Source: a virus
Direction: 5' to 3' (one strand)
IMG/VR virus record: IMGVR_UViG_3300008120_000271
Length of the DNA stretch: 32,271 nt
The position numbers and the translations under genes are program-made. Positions 18,672 through 27,875 of this stretch are shown in pieces. Below the pieces are notes generated by a model. The model made no database searches. It was not told the DNA's origin and was given only the letters and a program-made list of their open reading frames with translations. The stretch's first letter is position 1. Each line of letters opens with the position of its first letter.

Positions 18672-20456
18672 TTAGGCCCTGACCGGTACGGCGGTAATTG
18701 CTAGGTCTTCTTCGATAATATTTAGGATGACATTATTAATGGTAGAGATGTCTTTGTTTCTAGGTATAGCGAAGAACTTAAGACCTGCACCAAAGTAGTT
18801 ATCAATTTTAAAGTTAGAGAACTGTATTAGTCCGGTATCATAATCGATAGTACCTACAGTATCAATTATAGCTTCTGTAGAAGCCGAAAGTACGTTGATA
18901 ATACCATCACCGTTATCACGAACAAACGCTTTAATACCCTTATAGGTAATAAACGATGAATAGACGGAGAATAGAGCAGAGGTCACACCCTGCTGTTGAT
19001 CCACGTCCAGGGGTATATTATAATTAACGTCAAAAGTCGTATACTTACCAACTACTGGTTGTACAACCTTAATTACTGTAATGTCTGTTTCGTTTGAAAT
19101 AATGGCTATCTGCGAATTATCGATTGCCTGTATTAGCTTCGAATAGCGAAATGTCTTATTGAAGTCGTTTAAGTTATTCTGAGCGTATAGCAGAATAGCG
19201 GAGCTAACAATTGTTTCCATATCATCGACGCTTAGAGATGTAACGTTAACGTTATAGTTAACTCTAGAGCGAACACCCAGGTAAGTATACTCAGGGTTGA
19301 CGAAAACAGGGTCAATTGAAACTGGCGAGCGTGGTTTGAGGAAGCGATAATACTCTAGTTTCTTAATATCTGGAAGAGCGTCAACATCTTTAAGGTCTAC
19401 CGAAACAAACACTTTACCGAACTGAGGAGGATCAAGATCCTCGCCTCCATATGCAGTGACTGTATTGACTTCAGGGAAGTTGAGACGTAGAAGCGTTTCG
19501 TAATCTTCTGTAGTGATAGCTCTTTCTTGTGTGGTGAAGTGTCTAGGTGCGTTAAACTTGATAGACTCTAACGACTCCGATACAGTACCTCCAGCTGCAG
19601 CGGCCGCTGTAAAAATAGTTATAGCGGTTTCACCTTGAATAGGAGCATCAGGTACAAAACTACTGCAGCCATTAGGGAGCTGGCCGTTTGATACTCTATA
19701 TTCAATTTGTATGACAGAGTTGTTCTTTGGTCTGCGGCCAGTTACACCATCACCAAATATAATTTCGTATGAATCGTTTTCAGCGCCTTGAACGAAAAAT
19801 ACCTTAGAGTCTTTGGTTAGGTCAAAGAGAGAATTAGCGCGTGTATAGTTGTATACAGCTGAACCTGCATCCTCAATAACAGTAACTGTGATAGATGAAA
19901 TATCAACGTTCTTGTTAGAGATTACAAGTCTTTCAGTTGAGTCATAAGCGTAGGTATACGAATCGTTTACATAGTAGCCTTCGTATAGGGTAATGTTATC
20001 GCCTGTAAATGTAATGTTAGAGCCAGAGATAGAATAGTCACTTACAACAATATTTTCAGCTACCGTAAACGTATAAGTTTTATTAAGTAGTCGTGATGTA
20101 AACGAAAAGCCTTTAGGAATAACAAGTGAGCGCTTTGTAATATCAGACGATACAATACTAATATTTACTGTTGCTTCAGCCGACTTAAACGAGCGCGGCG
20201 TATAGTTTAGCTCCTTGGCATGCGATACCACAGAGTCGCGCAGCTGAGCTGAATCCAGAAACATCTCATTGCCAACCATATTAAGGTAGAATGAGTTATG
20301 GAAAGTGTTATAGGCTAGAAGATCTAGCAACACGCTCATATTTGAGCCATCAAAGTCGTAGTCGTTAAATCTATCCTGCGACTTCATGAACGCCTTAAAG
20401 GTATTTTTAAGCGTATCGAAGTCTAGATTTGATAGAATAATACTTGAATTGGCCAT
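18672..20456 (-). CDS. 6: Baseplate wedge subunit, gp6-like
   Basis: 594-aa ORF MANSSIILSNLDFDTLKNTFKAFMKSQDRFNDYDFDGSNMSVLLDLLAYNTFHNSFYLNMVGNEMFLDSAQLRDSVVSHAKELNYTPRS, a gp6-type N-terminus immediately downstream of gp25. Confidence 0.88.
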   Translation of the reverse strand: MANSSIILSNLDFDTLKNTFKAFMKSQDRFNDYDFDGSNMSVLLDLLAYNTFHNSFYLNMVGNEMFLDSAQLRDSVVSHAKELNYTPRSFKSAEATVNISIVSSDITKRSLVIPKGFSFTSRLLNKTYTFTVAENIVVSDYSISGSNITFTGDNITLYEGYYVNDSYTYAYDSTERLVISNKNVDISSITVTVIEDAGSAVYNYTRANSLFDLTKDSKVFFVQGAENDSYEIIFGDGVTGRRPKNNSVIQIEYRVSNGQLPNGCSSFVPDAPIQGETAITIFTAAAAAGGTVSESLESIKFNAPRHFTTQERAITTEDYETLLRLNFPEVNTVTAYGGEDLDPPQFGKVFVSVDLKDVDALPDIKKLEYYRFLKPRSPVSIDPVFVNPEYTYLGVRSRVNYNVNVTSLSVDDMETIVSSAILLYAQNNLNDFNKTFRYSKLIQAIDNSQIAIISNETDITVIKVVQPVVGKYTTFDVNYNIPLDVDQQQGVTSALFSVYSSFITYKGIKAFVRDNGDGIINVLSASTEAIIDTVGTIDYDTGLIQFSNFKIDNYFGAGLKFFAIPRNKDISTINNVILNIIEEDLAITAVPVRA

Positions 20457-20878
20457 TATCTTACTCGAGTTAACGTTACGTTGAGGGTAATTGGTGTTTG
20501 TCTATTTATGATCATATATTCGATTGTAACTTGATAACTGTTGTTATCAAAATTGGGCGCTACATTTACCGCTAGAACTTTCGCACGTGGCTCATAATCA
20601 CTAATTGTACGCTGAATGGTGGATGAGAGAAGTTCTGCTATACCATCAGACATCGGCTCAAATAACATTTTGAAAATATCAGTGCCAACTTCAGGCTGAA
20701 ATAGACGTTCACCTTTATTCGTTGAAATAAGATTACGAATAGATCTACTTACTGACGCTTCGTTGATATAACGAACTATATCCCCTGTGGCAGGGTGCGG
20801 GGTAAAATCATTAAGAAAATCAGAGTAAATCTGATTCTTTGTATCGCTAACGGTGAATCTATCTTTTACGACAGCCAT
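20456..20878 (-). CDS. 25: Baseplate wedge subunit, gp25-like (GPW/gp25 family)
   Basis: 140-aa ORF. 'IRNLISTNKGERLFQPEVGTDIFKMLFEPM' is the characteristic family motif. Overlaps the gp6 start as TAATG. Confidence 0.93.
   Translation of the reverse strand: MAVVKDRFTVSDTKNQIYSDFLNDFTPHPATGDIVRYINEASVSRSIRNLISTNKGERLFQPEVGTDIFKMLFEPMSDGIAELLSSTIQRTISDYEPRAKVLAVNVAPNFDNNSYQVTIEYMIINRQTPITLNVTLTRVR
20503..20510 (-). promoter_or_regulatory. Candidate late promoter element CATAAATA inside gp25, upstream of gp6
   Basis: Plus-strand TATTTATG. 7/8 match, about 47 nt upstream of the gp6-like ATG at 20456. Confidence 0.3.
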
Positions 20879-20888
20879 TGTATTTCTC

Positions 20889-22697
20889 TTATGTTGTAAT
20901 TAGTTCGTACGAAGACTTAAATGTAGTAGGCGATGCTGATGCTGGTGTAACTCTAATACGAGTATTACCACTCAGTACATCTACTTCAACAGTAAATAAT
21001 GTAGTATCTGTAATCAACGTTTCATATTCTGTAGCGACAGCAACAGTTGTATTTGATGTCATAGTCAAACGCGTTAAGTGAGCAGCTAGTCCACTCACTG
21101 CTTGAATTAAAAAGCTACCCGATCTATATGTAGCGTTAGGGAATTCTACTAATGTATCCTGTGATGCAGACGAAGTAGATAGAGTAGCTGTATTCTTGAA
21201 TACAATATTATCAAAGGTTAAGCCGCCCGTAATATTACCAGACAGCTGACCCTGTGAACCAGTATACCCGATGGGGCCTTGTACACCCTGCGGACCTGCG
21301 GCGCCCTGCGGGCCTGGTGCACCAGCAGCGCCTTGCGGGCCAGGAGCTCCTGCACCACCTTGGGCTCCTTGAGCACCAACAGCGCCTTGAGGTCCGGTAG
21401 CACCCTGTGGCCCTGGTGCACCAGCACTGCCTTGAGCTCCTGCAGGTCCAGGGGAGCCAGCTGGACCCTGCGGTCCTACCGATCCCATATAACCAGCGCC
21501 AGCAACTAAAATAACATTAGATACGGCTTCAGCTATTCCTAGCTGTGTTTCAGCTCGTACTCTACAAAATACTTCTTGACCCGAATCAAAATTTGTAGTA
21601 GTATACTGGAATGTGTTAGCGCCGTAGATTTCTACGTTCTGTCTCATCCACTGGAATGTCAGCGGAAATGTTGTTACTACGCCATTAGAGGTCCACGTAC
21701 CATTCGAACATGTTAGTAGCGAGCCAACTGCTGTGCTACCAGTAACAACTGGAGCTGTCTGACTTACCGGGTCGGGGGTCTGAAGAACAGCTTGTACCTG
21801 CTCTCTATACTGCTCATATTCAGTACTATTAGCGGTCTCAGTAAATGAATCGAGCGAAGAAGGATCGATAACAGGCGGAATACCAGTGATACCTTGTATC
21901 AGGGTCTGATTTTGACTGACCTTATTCAGACTACCCTGTAGACCGGTCTCAACAGTATTCTTAAAATTATCAAATGTATCGACGGCCTCCATAATAGCGG
22001 AAACACCGGTCAGAATATTATCTACATCATTCGCTGATATACCAGCTTCATTAGCTGACCGACAGATAGCATCCGCAATAGATTTTTCAATTTGTCTCTT
22101 TACTTGATCAACAGCATCATCAATCTCATTTTGAAGGTCACGTCTTATCATATCCTCTGTAGAAATTGCACAAGCTTCAAGGCGTGGCTTTAATTCTTGA
22201 ACTACCTGCACTAGATCGTTCAGAGCGGTTACAACTTCTATAATTCTCTTTATGAGATCAATAGTTGCTTCATAATCAGGAAGAATTCTACCTAACGTAA
22301 ACTTTTTAAGCCATTTTGGAATTGCAAATGGATTAAGGGGTAGACTCAGAATAGGAGATATCTCTTCAAGCTTTCTCTTTACTTCTTCATCACTACCTAT
22401 AATTTCTTCTTTAAGTCCGTCAAGGGCGGTTTTAATTTTCTGCTGTAGAGCAACACAGTCTGTCTCTTTAAGAATTGACTGTGTAAGTTCACGAATATCA
22501 GCTGCAAGAGATGAGCCCTTTTTAGTCTTATTTTCATCAGGCTTCTTTTCGCGTTTTATACGACATTGCTCACCACCTATTGGAGGAATGACGATCTCGC
22601 TTAAAAGCTTATCAATTTCTTCTTGAGTAACCGCAACAAGAGGCTCATCTGAAGCCGCTAGAAAGACAGCAAGATATTCGGAATTTGCTTCAGCCAT
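20889..22697 (-). CDS. Multidomain virion protein: helical N-terminus, Ig-like segment, collagen-like stalk, beta-rich C-terminal domain
   Basis: 602-aa ORF. Ig/bacterial-type module '[25 protein letters not shown]...[49 protein letters not shown]', then a G-X-Y tract, then [21 protein letters not shown]. Confidence 0.8.
   Translation of the reverse strand: MAEANSEYLAVFLAASDEPLVAVTQEEIDKLLSEIVIPPIGGEQCRIKREKKPDENKTKKGSSLAADIRELTQSILKETDCVALQQKIKTALDGLKEEIIGSDEEVKRKLEEISPILSLPLNPFAIPKWLKKFTLGRILPDYEATIDLIKRIIEVVTALNDLVQVVQELKPRLEACAISTEDMIRRDLQNEIDDAVDQVKRQIEKSIADAICRSANEAGISANDVDNILTGVSAIMEAVDTFDNFKNTVETGLQGSLNKVSQNQTLIQGITGIPPVIDPSSLDSFTETANSTEYEQYREQVQAVLQTPDPVSQTAPVVTGSTAVGSLLTCSNGTWTSNGVVTTFPLTFQWMRQNVEIYGANTFQYTTTNFDSGQEVFCRVRAETQLGIAEAVSNVILVAGAGYMGSVGPQGPAGSPGPAGAQGSAGAPGPQGATGPQGAVGAQGAQGGAGAPGPQGAAGAPGPQGAAGPQGVQGPIGYTGSQGQLSGNITGGLTFDNIVFKNTATLSTSSASQDTLVEFPNATYRSGSFLIQAVSGLAAHLTRLTMTSNTTVAVATEYETLITDTTLFTVEVDVLSGNTRIRVTPASASPTTFKSSYELITT
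21243..21487 (-). repeat. Collagen-like G-X-Y coding repeat ([25 protein letters not shown]...)
   Basis: Gly every third residue over about 80 aa in the 20889..22697 ORF. Confidence 0.85.
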
Positions 22698-23593
22698 TAT
22701 GCGGTCCTCACAACTAGGCCGTTTCTAACAGACATATTAGCACCGCCCGCTATAGTTGTAGAAGTTACTCCAGTACCTGAAGTAATTTTACCGATGCAAT
22801 GTATGCTTCCTTCGGTTACGTTAAACCCACCAGGTCCTTGAACTGTGCAGCTCGAGCCGGATGAAATCTGGACACCTAATAAACCAATTAAACGAAGAAT
22901 ACCTTTGGACTCTACTGTGATATTATTCTCAGATACAATTGTAGCAGCGCCCTTAACAACAGCGTTTAGACTGCCACCTACTTCAATTTTAGCATTACCA
23001 ACAACAGCAATATTCTTAATACCACCTACAACTTCAAAACTATCACCGGGATTACGAACAGTCAGGCGGCCATCAGGTGCCATCTCAATTGACGTACCTG
23101 ATGAATGGAAGATATGAACGCGTTCACCTCCGTCAGTATCATCTAGCTCAATCTTATGGCCCTTACGCGTTCTAATAACACGGTTAAATGGATACTCAGC
23201 CTTAAATGCTGTGTCAGGTTCGACAGGATGCAACTTATCTCGCTGATCAGGGTCGCGTCCTCTCGCTTCGAATGAAAGAGCATTGGTATTTTCATCACCT
23301 GTTTGCTGTGGAATAGTACCCACGATAAGACGTACTTCGCCTCTATTGCCGTCAGCGAAGAAGCCGAATACCTCTGAACCTTCTATGAGAGACGGTGTAT
23401 CACCGACCTGTCTATAAGAAGCGGATGTAGAAGGAGTAACGCAAGAGGCCCACTGGTTAATCTGATCATCTTCTTTAGCATCGTCTACACCGTAGATACG
23501 TACGCGTGCTCGTCCCAGCTTTAAAGGATCATTCTTAACATCTAAAACTACTCCGACCCACCAACGAAAGCCTTCTTGTCCCATCTGTGCCAT
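22697..23593 (-). CDS. 5: Baseplate hub / spike protein, gp5-like OB-fold plus beta-helical C-terminus, no lysozyme domain apparent
   Basis: 298-aa ORF. '[28 protein letters not shown]...[15 protein letters not shown]...RLIVGTI' is the gp5/VgrG-type OB core. The C-terminus is a run of V-x-G-x-repeats. Confidence 0.8.
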   Translation of the reverse strand: MAQMGQEGFRWWVGVVLDVKNDPLKLGRARVRIYGVDDAKEDDQINQWASCVTPSTSASYRQVGDTPSLIEGSEVFGFFADGNRGEVRLIVGTIPQQTGDENTNALSFEARGRDPDQRDKLHPVEPDTAFKAEYPFNRVIRTRKGHKIELDDTDGGERVHIFHSSGTSIEMAPDGRLTVRNPGDSFEVVGGIKNIAVVGNAKIEVGGSLNAVVKGAATIVSENNITVESKGILRLIGLLGVQISSGSSCTVQGPGGFNVTEGSIHCIGKITSGTGVTSTTIAGGANMSVRNGLVVRTA

Positions 23594-23597
23594 AATA

Positions 23598-24983
23598 TTA
23601 CTTTCCTAGCATCCCAGCTTTCATAAGATTACACGCGATAACATGCTGCGGTCTATCGGTGTTAAGAATCATATGACGGAGGTGTGTTATTAAATAGTTA
23701 CCACTATCTAGGCGAGTCTCTCCAGGGTCGTTTTCAGCATCCGAAGAGGTAGGGAATGAACATTCGACGAGATCACCTACAGCTAGATTTGTATCACCGT
23801 AAATGAATATCTGTGCTTCGATCTGCTGCAGCTTGCGTAGGAAATTTTCACGCTTGACAAGAACCTCTGCAATATTAGAATTAGGTCTGGTCTCTGTGTT
23901 AACAGCTATCAACATGTTGACAACGCTATTACGCTCATACTGACGAATAAAATCTGTACCTACTAGAGCAGTACCGTTTGTATCTGTAGTAGGTTGCGAT
24001 GCACCTTCCTGCGATTCGCGAAAGCGCGCTATTTCACCAAAACCTGTTGCTGGTGTCCAAGGTGTAGCTGTTACATTTAACCCGCCACCTGATACTATAT
24101 CAATAGCATCACAGAACTTAGATTGATTATAAGCAAGAATATTTCTAAACTTAACATCACTTGCATCAGCATTACGAATAGGAGTAAATTCAAAGCGCTT
24201 ATCCGACCCGAATCTCAGCTCTTTCTTACCGTCCTTTATGAGCTTTTCATACGTAACTAAATTATAGCCGTGCTTATTTTCAAAAAAGACATATACACCA
24301 TTATTATCGCGTCTATTATCCGCATCCATAGCATGCTCATGTATCAACGCAAACGGAAAACGAACACCAGTTGTCTTATCGATTATGCCTGTTGACGGCT
24401 CAATATTGATTTTCTTCCTTGTGCCTAAATCTTCTGTTAGAATAGACCTAACAAAGTCGCTAATTGTACCCTTGAACTGCTTTATGATAGGGCTTGCAGA
24501 CGAAGCTTTCAACTCCGTACTAACTAACTGTAGCGTATACGTAACGATCTTATTATTTTGCTGTGTAACTTTATCTCCAATGCGATTAATAGCGAATCTA
24601 TACTCATTCTTATCGCGTCCAGGAGTCTGTATAGCTAATGTTATGAATTCATTAGTAGTTAAAGGAAAATCCTCATAGAGACGAATACTATCTGCTATTG
24701 TAATTTCGCAGAACATAGACGGGTACACTATATTTTCATAGATATGAATTTCGGTAACATAAGGCATGATATCATGCGCTCTTTTACCATCCGCGCTAAC
24801 AAGTGATATATTATCGATATTAATATCACCAGGCTTAAAATTTTCAGCGTCCCTTTTAGGTGTGTTAATATTTTCTGCTGGGTCAATTCGTGACCAGAGT
24901 TCAGCCTCAACACCGCTGAGAATATCGCGAGTAAGGTTCTTAAAAAAATTCTTATTGAGACTAGGTAATCTTATAAAGCTCAT
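23598..24983 (-). CDS. 27: Baseplate hub subunit, gp27-like
   Basis: 461-aa ORF adjacent to gp5-like and gp53-like genes. 'IHIYENIVYPSMFCEITIADSIRLYEDFPLTTNEFI', 'IFIYGDTNLAVGDLVECSFP' and 'SGNYLITHLRHMI' fit hub domains. Confidence 0.72.
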   Translation of the reverse strand: MSFIRLPSLNKNFFKNLTRDILSGVEAELWSRIDPAENINTPKRDAENFKPGDINIDNISLVSADGKRAHDIMPYVTEIHIYENIVYPSMFCEITIADSIRLYEDFPLTTNEFITLAIQTPGRDKNEYRFAINRIGDKVTQQNNKIVTYTLQLVSTELKASSASPIIKQFKGTISDFVRSILTEDLGTRKKINIEPSTGIIDKTTGVRFPFALIHEHAMDADNRRDNNGVYVFFENKHGYNLVTYEKLIKDGKKELRFGSDKRFEFTPIRNADASDVKFRNILAYNQSKFCDAIDIVSGGGLNVTATPWTPATGFGEIARFRESQEGASQPTTDTNGTALVGTDFIRQYERNSVVNMLIAVNTETRPNSNIAEVLVKRENFLRKLQQIEAQIFIYGDTNLAVGDLVECSFPTSSDAENDPGETRLDSGNYLITHLRHMILNTDRPQHVIACNLMKAGMLGK

Positions 24984-25828
24984 CTAGGGTCCATCAACCT
25001 CTTTAGATCTTGATCGACTTGATTTCTGTATCTAGTATCCATTAATAACACTTCGCGCTTCTTTTCGTTCTCTTCTTTTTCAAAATCGTAGAATGATACC
25101 GCCTTCCAATAGAGGCTATCCGTATAGGCTAATGTAGTTGATATAGCATTATTGCACGAAACAATAGTAGCCGTTGCACCAGACTCTTGCCCGGTTATAA
25201 CTGTATCAGGGGTGAATTGGCCGTTAATATGCTGTACCGCTAACTCGGTATTGCTGGTATAAGTACAGAAAGCATAGTTAGTGCCGTTGTATTGTACTTC
25301 TTCACCCACTATAAACTCACCGGTAACGTTAGTAATACTAATAGAGCCTATTCTGTTAGTATTAAGTACCTGGTGATCGGTATTTCTTTTATAATGTCTT
25401 ACATTGAAAAGATAATCTAATACCGGCGACCAATACTTCTGTCTATTGAGTGGAAGGGCATTGTATTCAGCTTCCGAGATTATAGACTCATCATCTTCGC
25501 CGTTTGTTCTGTAGAAGGCAATTTTACGTTGTGCTCGTTCTAATGATCCATACTTAACTTTAATTAAGATATCTAGATCAAAATCACTCACGGACATATC
25601 ATAGTAAGGATCAACAACTTCATTCGAAAACCATACTAGCCAGGCATAGCCGGTCGAGCCGTAATACGCCCTAGAAATTAGATCGGCTCTATCACCGTCG
25701 CCGATTGTATACGGAAGCAATACTCTACGGTCACCTTTTAAATTATCCGATAGCTTAGCACGCGCTAATATATTTACAGCCATTCGGTTATCATATGTGA
25801 TAGTAGGTAGTTTTTCGAAGTAATTCAC
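24980..25828 (-). CDS. 53: Baseplate wedge subunit, gp53-like
   Basis: 282-aa ORF MNYFEKLPTITYDNRMAVNILARAKLSD...YTIGDGDRADLISRAYYGSTGYAWLVWFSNEVVDPYYDMSVSDFDLDILI, a typical gp53 pattern. Confidence 0.88.
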   Translation of the reverse strand: MNYFEKLPTITYDNRMAVNILARAKLSDNLKGDRRVLLPYTIGDGDRADLISRAYYGSTGYAWLVWFSNEVVDPYYDMSVSDFDLDILIKVKYGSLERAQRKIAFYRTNGEDDESIISEAEYNALPLNRQKYWSPVLDYLFNVRHYKRNTDHQVLNTNRIGSISITNVTGEFIVGEEVQYNGTNYAFCTYTSNTELAVQHINGQFTPDTVITGQESGATATIVSCNNAISTTLAYTDSLYWKAVSFYDFEKEENEKKREVLLMDTRYRNQVDQDLKRLMDPR

Positions 25829-26982
25829 TGTGCGTCCCCTGATGTGAGAGCAGCACCAACAGCGACAGCTGTAGCTACCGCAGGTCCGATGACTGGTATA
25901 CTAAGCAGTGTATTTAAAGATTGAATCCCAGCCACAGCTGCTGTGTTAGCAATACTACCAGCTGTTAGAGCATTTTCTATTGAGGTAAATCCTAATGCAC
26001 CAGCAACTTCACCCGCTACAGTAGCAAGTGCGGTATCTTTTGATATAGACCCGCTATTAGCAGTAGGGGCAATAGAAGAATTAAGGCTGGTGTCATTCCA
26101 GTCCTCACTAAGCATGTATTCTATTTCTTTGAAAGAAATAGTCAGCTGATATGATACAGGGAGCTTAGTACCTTCAAAAAACGCTGGAGTGCCGAATGGA
26201 TTATAGTTAACATTAACACCCTGCATAACGCATTTTTTATATCTAATAATGCTATTACCGTCTCGGTTCCATCCCCATTTACCTGTACCATTTGAATCCC
26301 ATGGGTAGAAATTAACTTGACAAACATCTGGATAATCTAAAATAGCAGCTGAAGCATGTATAGAATTACGCGGTAGTGCGCTTCTCTTGAGGACTTTAAT
26401 TAATTTTTGTATATTTTCTGATTCAGCAGCACTCTTAGGATAGAAAGCCCAGGTATAGGCAAAGTCTCTTAGTACCGGTCCCTGAAATTGCACTGATGGA
26501 TTGGGGTTAGGAGCTAGCGCTGCATCTTGTTGTATGGCAGATGTTATCTGCTCAGGGGGAAATAAATTACTTCCTATAGAAGTTAATGCCCCAGTAACAG
26601 CGTTCTCAACAGCATTACTTCTTGTACCCGCTCCGGCCGCGGACCCCAATGCCGTCGCCGCGAGATTTCCAGCTGTAGATATAAGTGTACCGGAGTTTCT
26701 TAATAGAGCAGCACCTAAAAGCGGCTGGAAGCCGGCCCCGTTAATAAAATCACCAACAGTTTCTAAATTTACGTTTGTGTAGCCTACAGAGGTATCATCA
26801 CGCAATTCATTAGGTATAGGTAGATATGCTATAATAGTAGGATTGAATTTGGACTCTTTAAAAGGCGACTCACGGTTATACTTACCAATTTTAATAGTTG
26901 TGTAATACTTACCGAGATAGCTGCCGCCAGGCCCACCATCTTGATCACTACTAATTTGTCTGACTAGATCGCTTGCTGGCAT
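25825..26982 (-). CDS. 48: Baseplate tail tube cap, gp48-like
   Basis: 385-aa ORF with 'KFNPTIIAYLPIPNELRDDTSVGYTNVNLETVGDF' and 'GTPAFFEGTKLPVSYQLTISFKEIEYMLSEDW', characteristic of gp48-type proteins. Confidence 0.75.
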   Translation of the reverse strand: MPASDLVRQISSDQDGGPGGSYLGKYYTTIKIGKYNRESPFKESKFNPTIIAYLPIPNELRDDTSVGYTNVNLETVGDFINGAGFQPLLGAALLRNSGTLISTAGNLAATALGSAAGAGTRSNAVENAVTGALTSIGSNLFPPEQITSAIQQDAALAPNPNPSVQFQGPVLRDFAYTWAFYPKSAAESENIQKLIKVLKRSALPRNSIHASAAILDYPDVCQVNFYPWDSNGTGKWGWNRDGNSIIRYKKCVMQGVNVNYNPFGTPAFFEGTKLPVSYQLTISFKEIEYMLSEDWNDTSLNSSIAPTANSGSISKDTALATVAGEVAGALGFTSIENALTAGSIANTAAVAGIQSLNTLLSIPVIGPAVATAVAVGAALTSGDAQ

Positions 26983-27374
26983 TATAGCACCGTAATAATT
27001 TCTATGGTATTATCGCTCTTATAGTTGGCGATAGCTGTCTGTGGATTAACTTTATTAACAAAATTCTTAATATCAAGGCTACTATTTTTGACATTGCGAA
27101 GCGCTACGCGTGACGCTCTTGTGGGATCTTTTCCTGCAATCGCGTAATATTCATCTGCACCACCGGCTACTGCGGCATCGGTTCTGGACGCTGCTAGCTC
27201 CGCTGCTAATGCCGCGGATGCGCCTACATTAATCATAGTATCTACAGTAGATGTTGCTACTGTTGTTGCGCTCGTCGGTAACCCGTATGTTGTTGAATTT
27301 ATAATAGGGTCTGCAATTCGATTTGTAAAGGGCTTGTCAGCATCCTTAACATAATTGCTAACATTAAACGCCAT
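26982..27374 (-). CDS. Uncharacterised protein, first gene of the leftward unit
   Basis: 130-aa ORF overlapping the next gene by 1 nt, downstream of a T4-late-type TATAAATA element. Confidence 0.7.
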   Translation of the reverse strand: MAFNVSNYVKDADKPFTNRIADPIINSTTYGLPTSATTVATSTVDTMINVGASAALAAELAASRTDAAVAGGADEYYAIAGKDPTRASRVALRNVKNSSLDIKNFVNKVNPQTAIANYKSDNTIEIITVL

Positions 27375-27386
27375 TAGAATATCCTT

Positions 27387-27394
27387 GATAAATA
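27387..27394 (+). promoter_or_regulatory. T4-late-like promoter element GATAAATA for the rightward unit
   Basis: 7/8 match to TATAAATA, about 38 nt upstream of the ATG at 27432, in the same intergenic region. Confidence 0.55.
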
Positions 27395-27407
27395 TAATGC
27401 ATCAATC

Positions 27408-27415
27408 TATTTATA
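27408..27415 (-). promoter_or_regulatory. T4-late-type promoter element TATAAATA for the leftward unit
   Basis: Plus-strand TATTTATA (reverse complement TATAAATA) in the 57-nt divergent intergenic region, about 34 nt upstream of the start at 27374. Confidence 0.7.
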
Positions 27416-27431
27416 CGAGTTTTTAAAAGGA

Positions 27432-27875
27432 ATGGCTTACAAGGGAGTGTTTCGGGCTAGAAATCCGAATAAATACAAAGGCGACGCTCAAAATATTATT
27501 TATAGATCAAGGTGGGAGCTAATGGTAATGCAAAAGCTAGACTCACATCCTGATGTATTAGAATGGGCTTCTGAAGAGATTATAATACGGTATAGATCTC
27601 CTATCGATGGAAAAGTGCATAGATACTTCCCTGACTTCTGGGTTAAGAAGAAAGATAGATCTGGTACAATAGTTCATGATTTAATAGAGGTAAAGCCGTT
27701 CAAACAAACACAGCCGCCGACTGTTATGGAAGGCAAACCGACGAGAAGGTATTTAAACGAAGTTATGACATGGGGTATTAATTCAGCTAAGTGGAAGGCA
27801 GCAAAAGAATACTGCGCCGATCGCGGCTGGAACTTTGTCATTATAACCGAAAAAGAGTTGGGATTACAGTTCTAA
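27432..27875 (+). CDS. 4: Head completion protein, gp4-like, TnsA/PD-(D/E)XK-type nuclease fold
   Basis: 147-aa ORF with 'IIYRSRWELMVMQKLDSHPDVLEWASEEIIIRYRSPIDGKVHRYFPDFWVKKKD...HDLIEVKP', giving E...D-F/E-V-K catalytic spacing. Confidence 0.8.
   Translation: MAYKGVFRARNPNKYKGDAQNIIYRSRWELMVMQKLDSHPDVLEWASEEIIIRYRSPIDGKVHRYFPDFWVKKKDRSGTIVHDLIEVKPFKQTQPPTVMEGKPTRRYLNEVMTWGINSAKWKAAKEYCADRGWNFVIITEKELGLQF

Noticed and set aside
24942-24948. A second in-phase T TTT TTT heptamer on the minus strand near the start of the gp27-like gene (AAT TTT TTT AAG)
   Set aside because: A -1 slip gives an immediate TAA stop after about 14 codons, with no open continuation. It serves as a useful negative control for the 29832 site and is not a recoding candidate.
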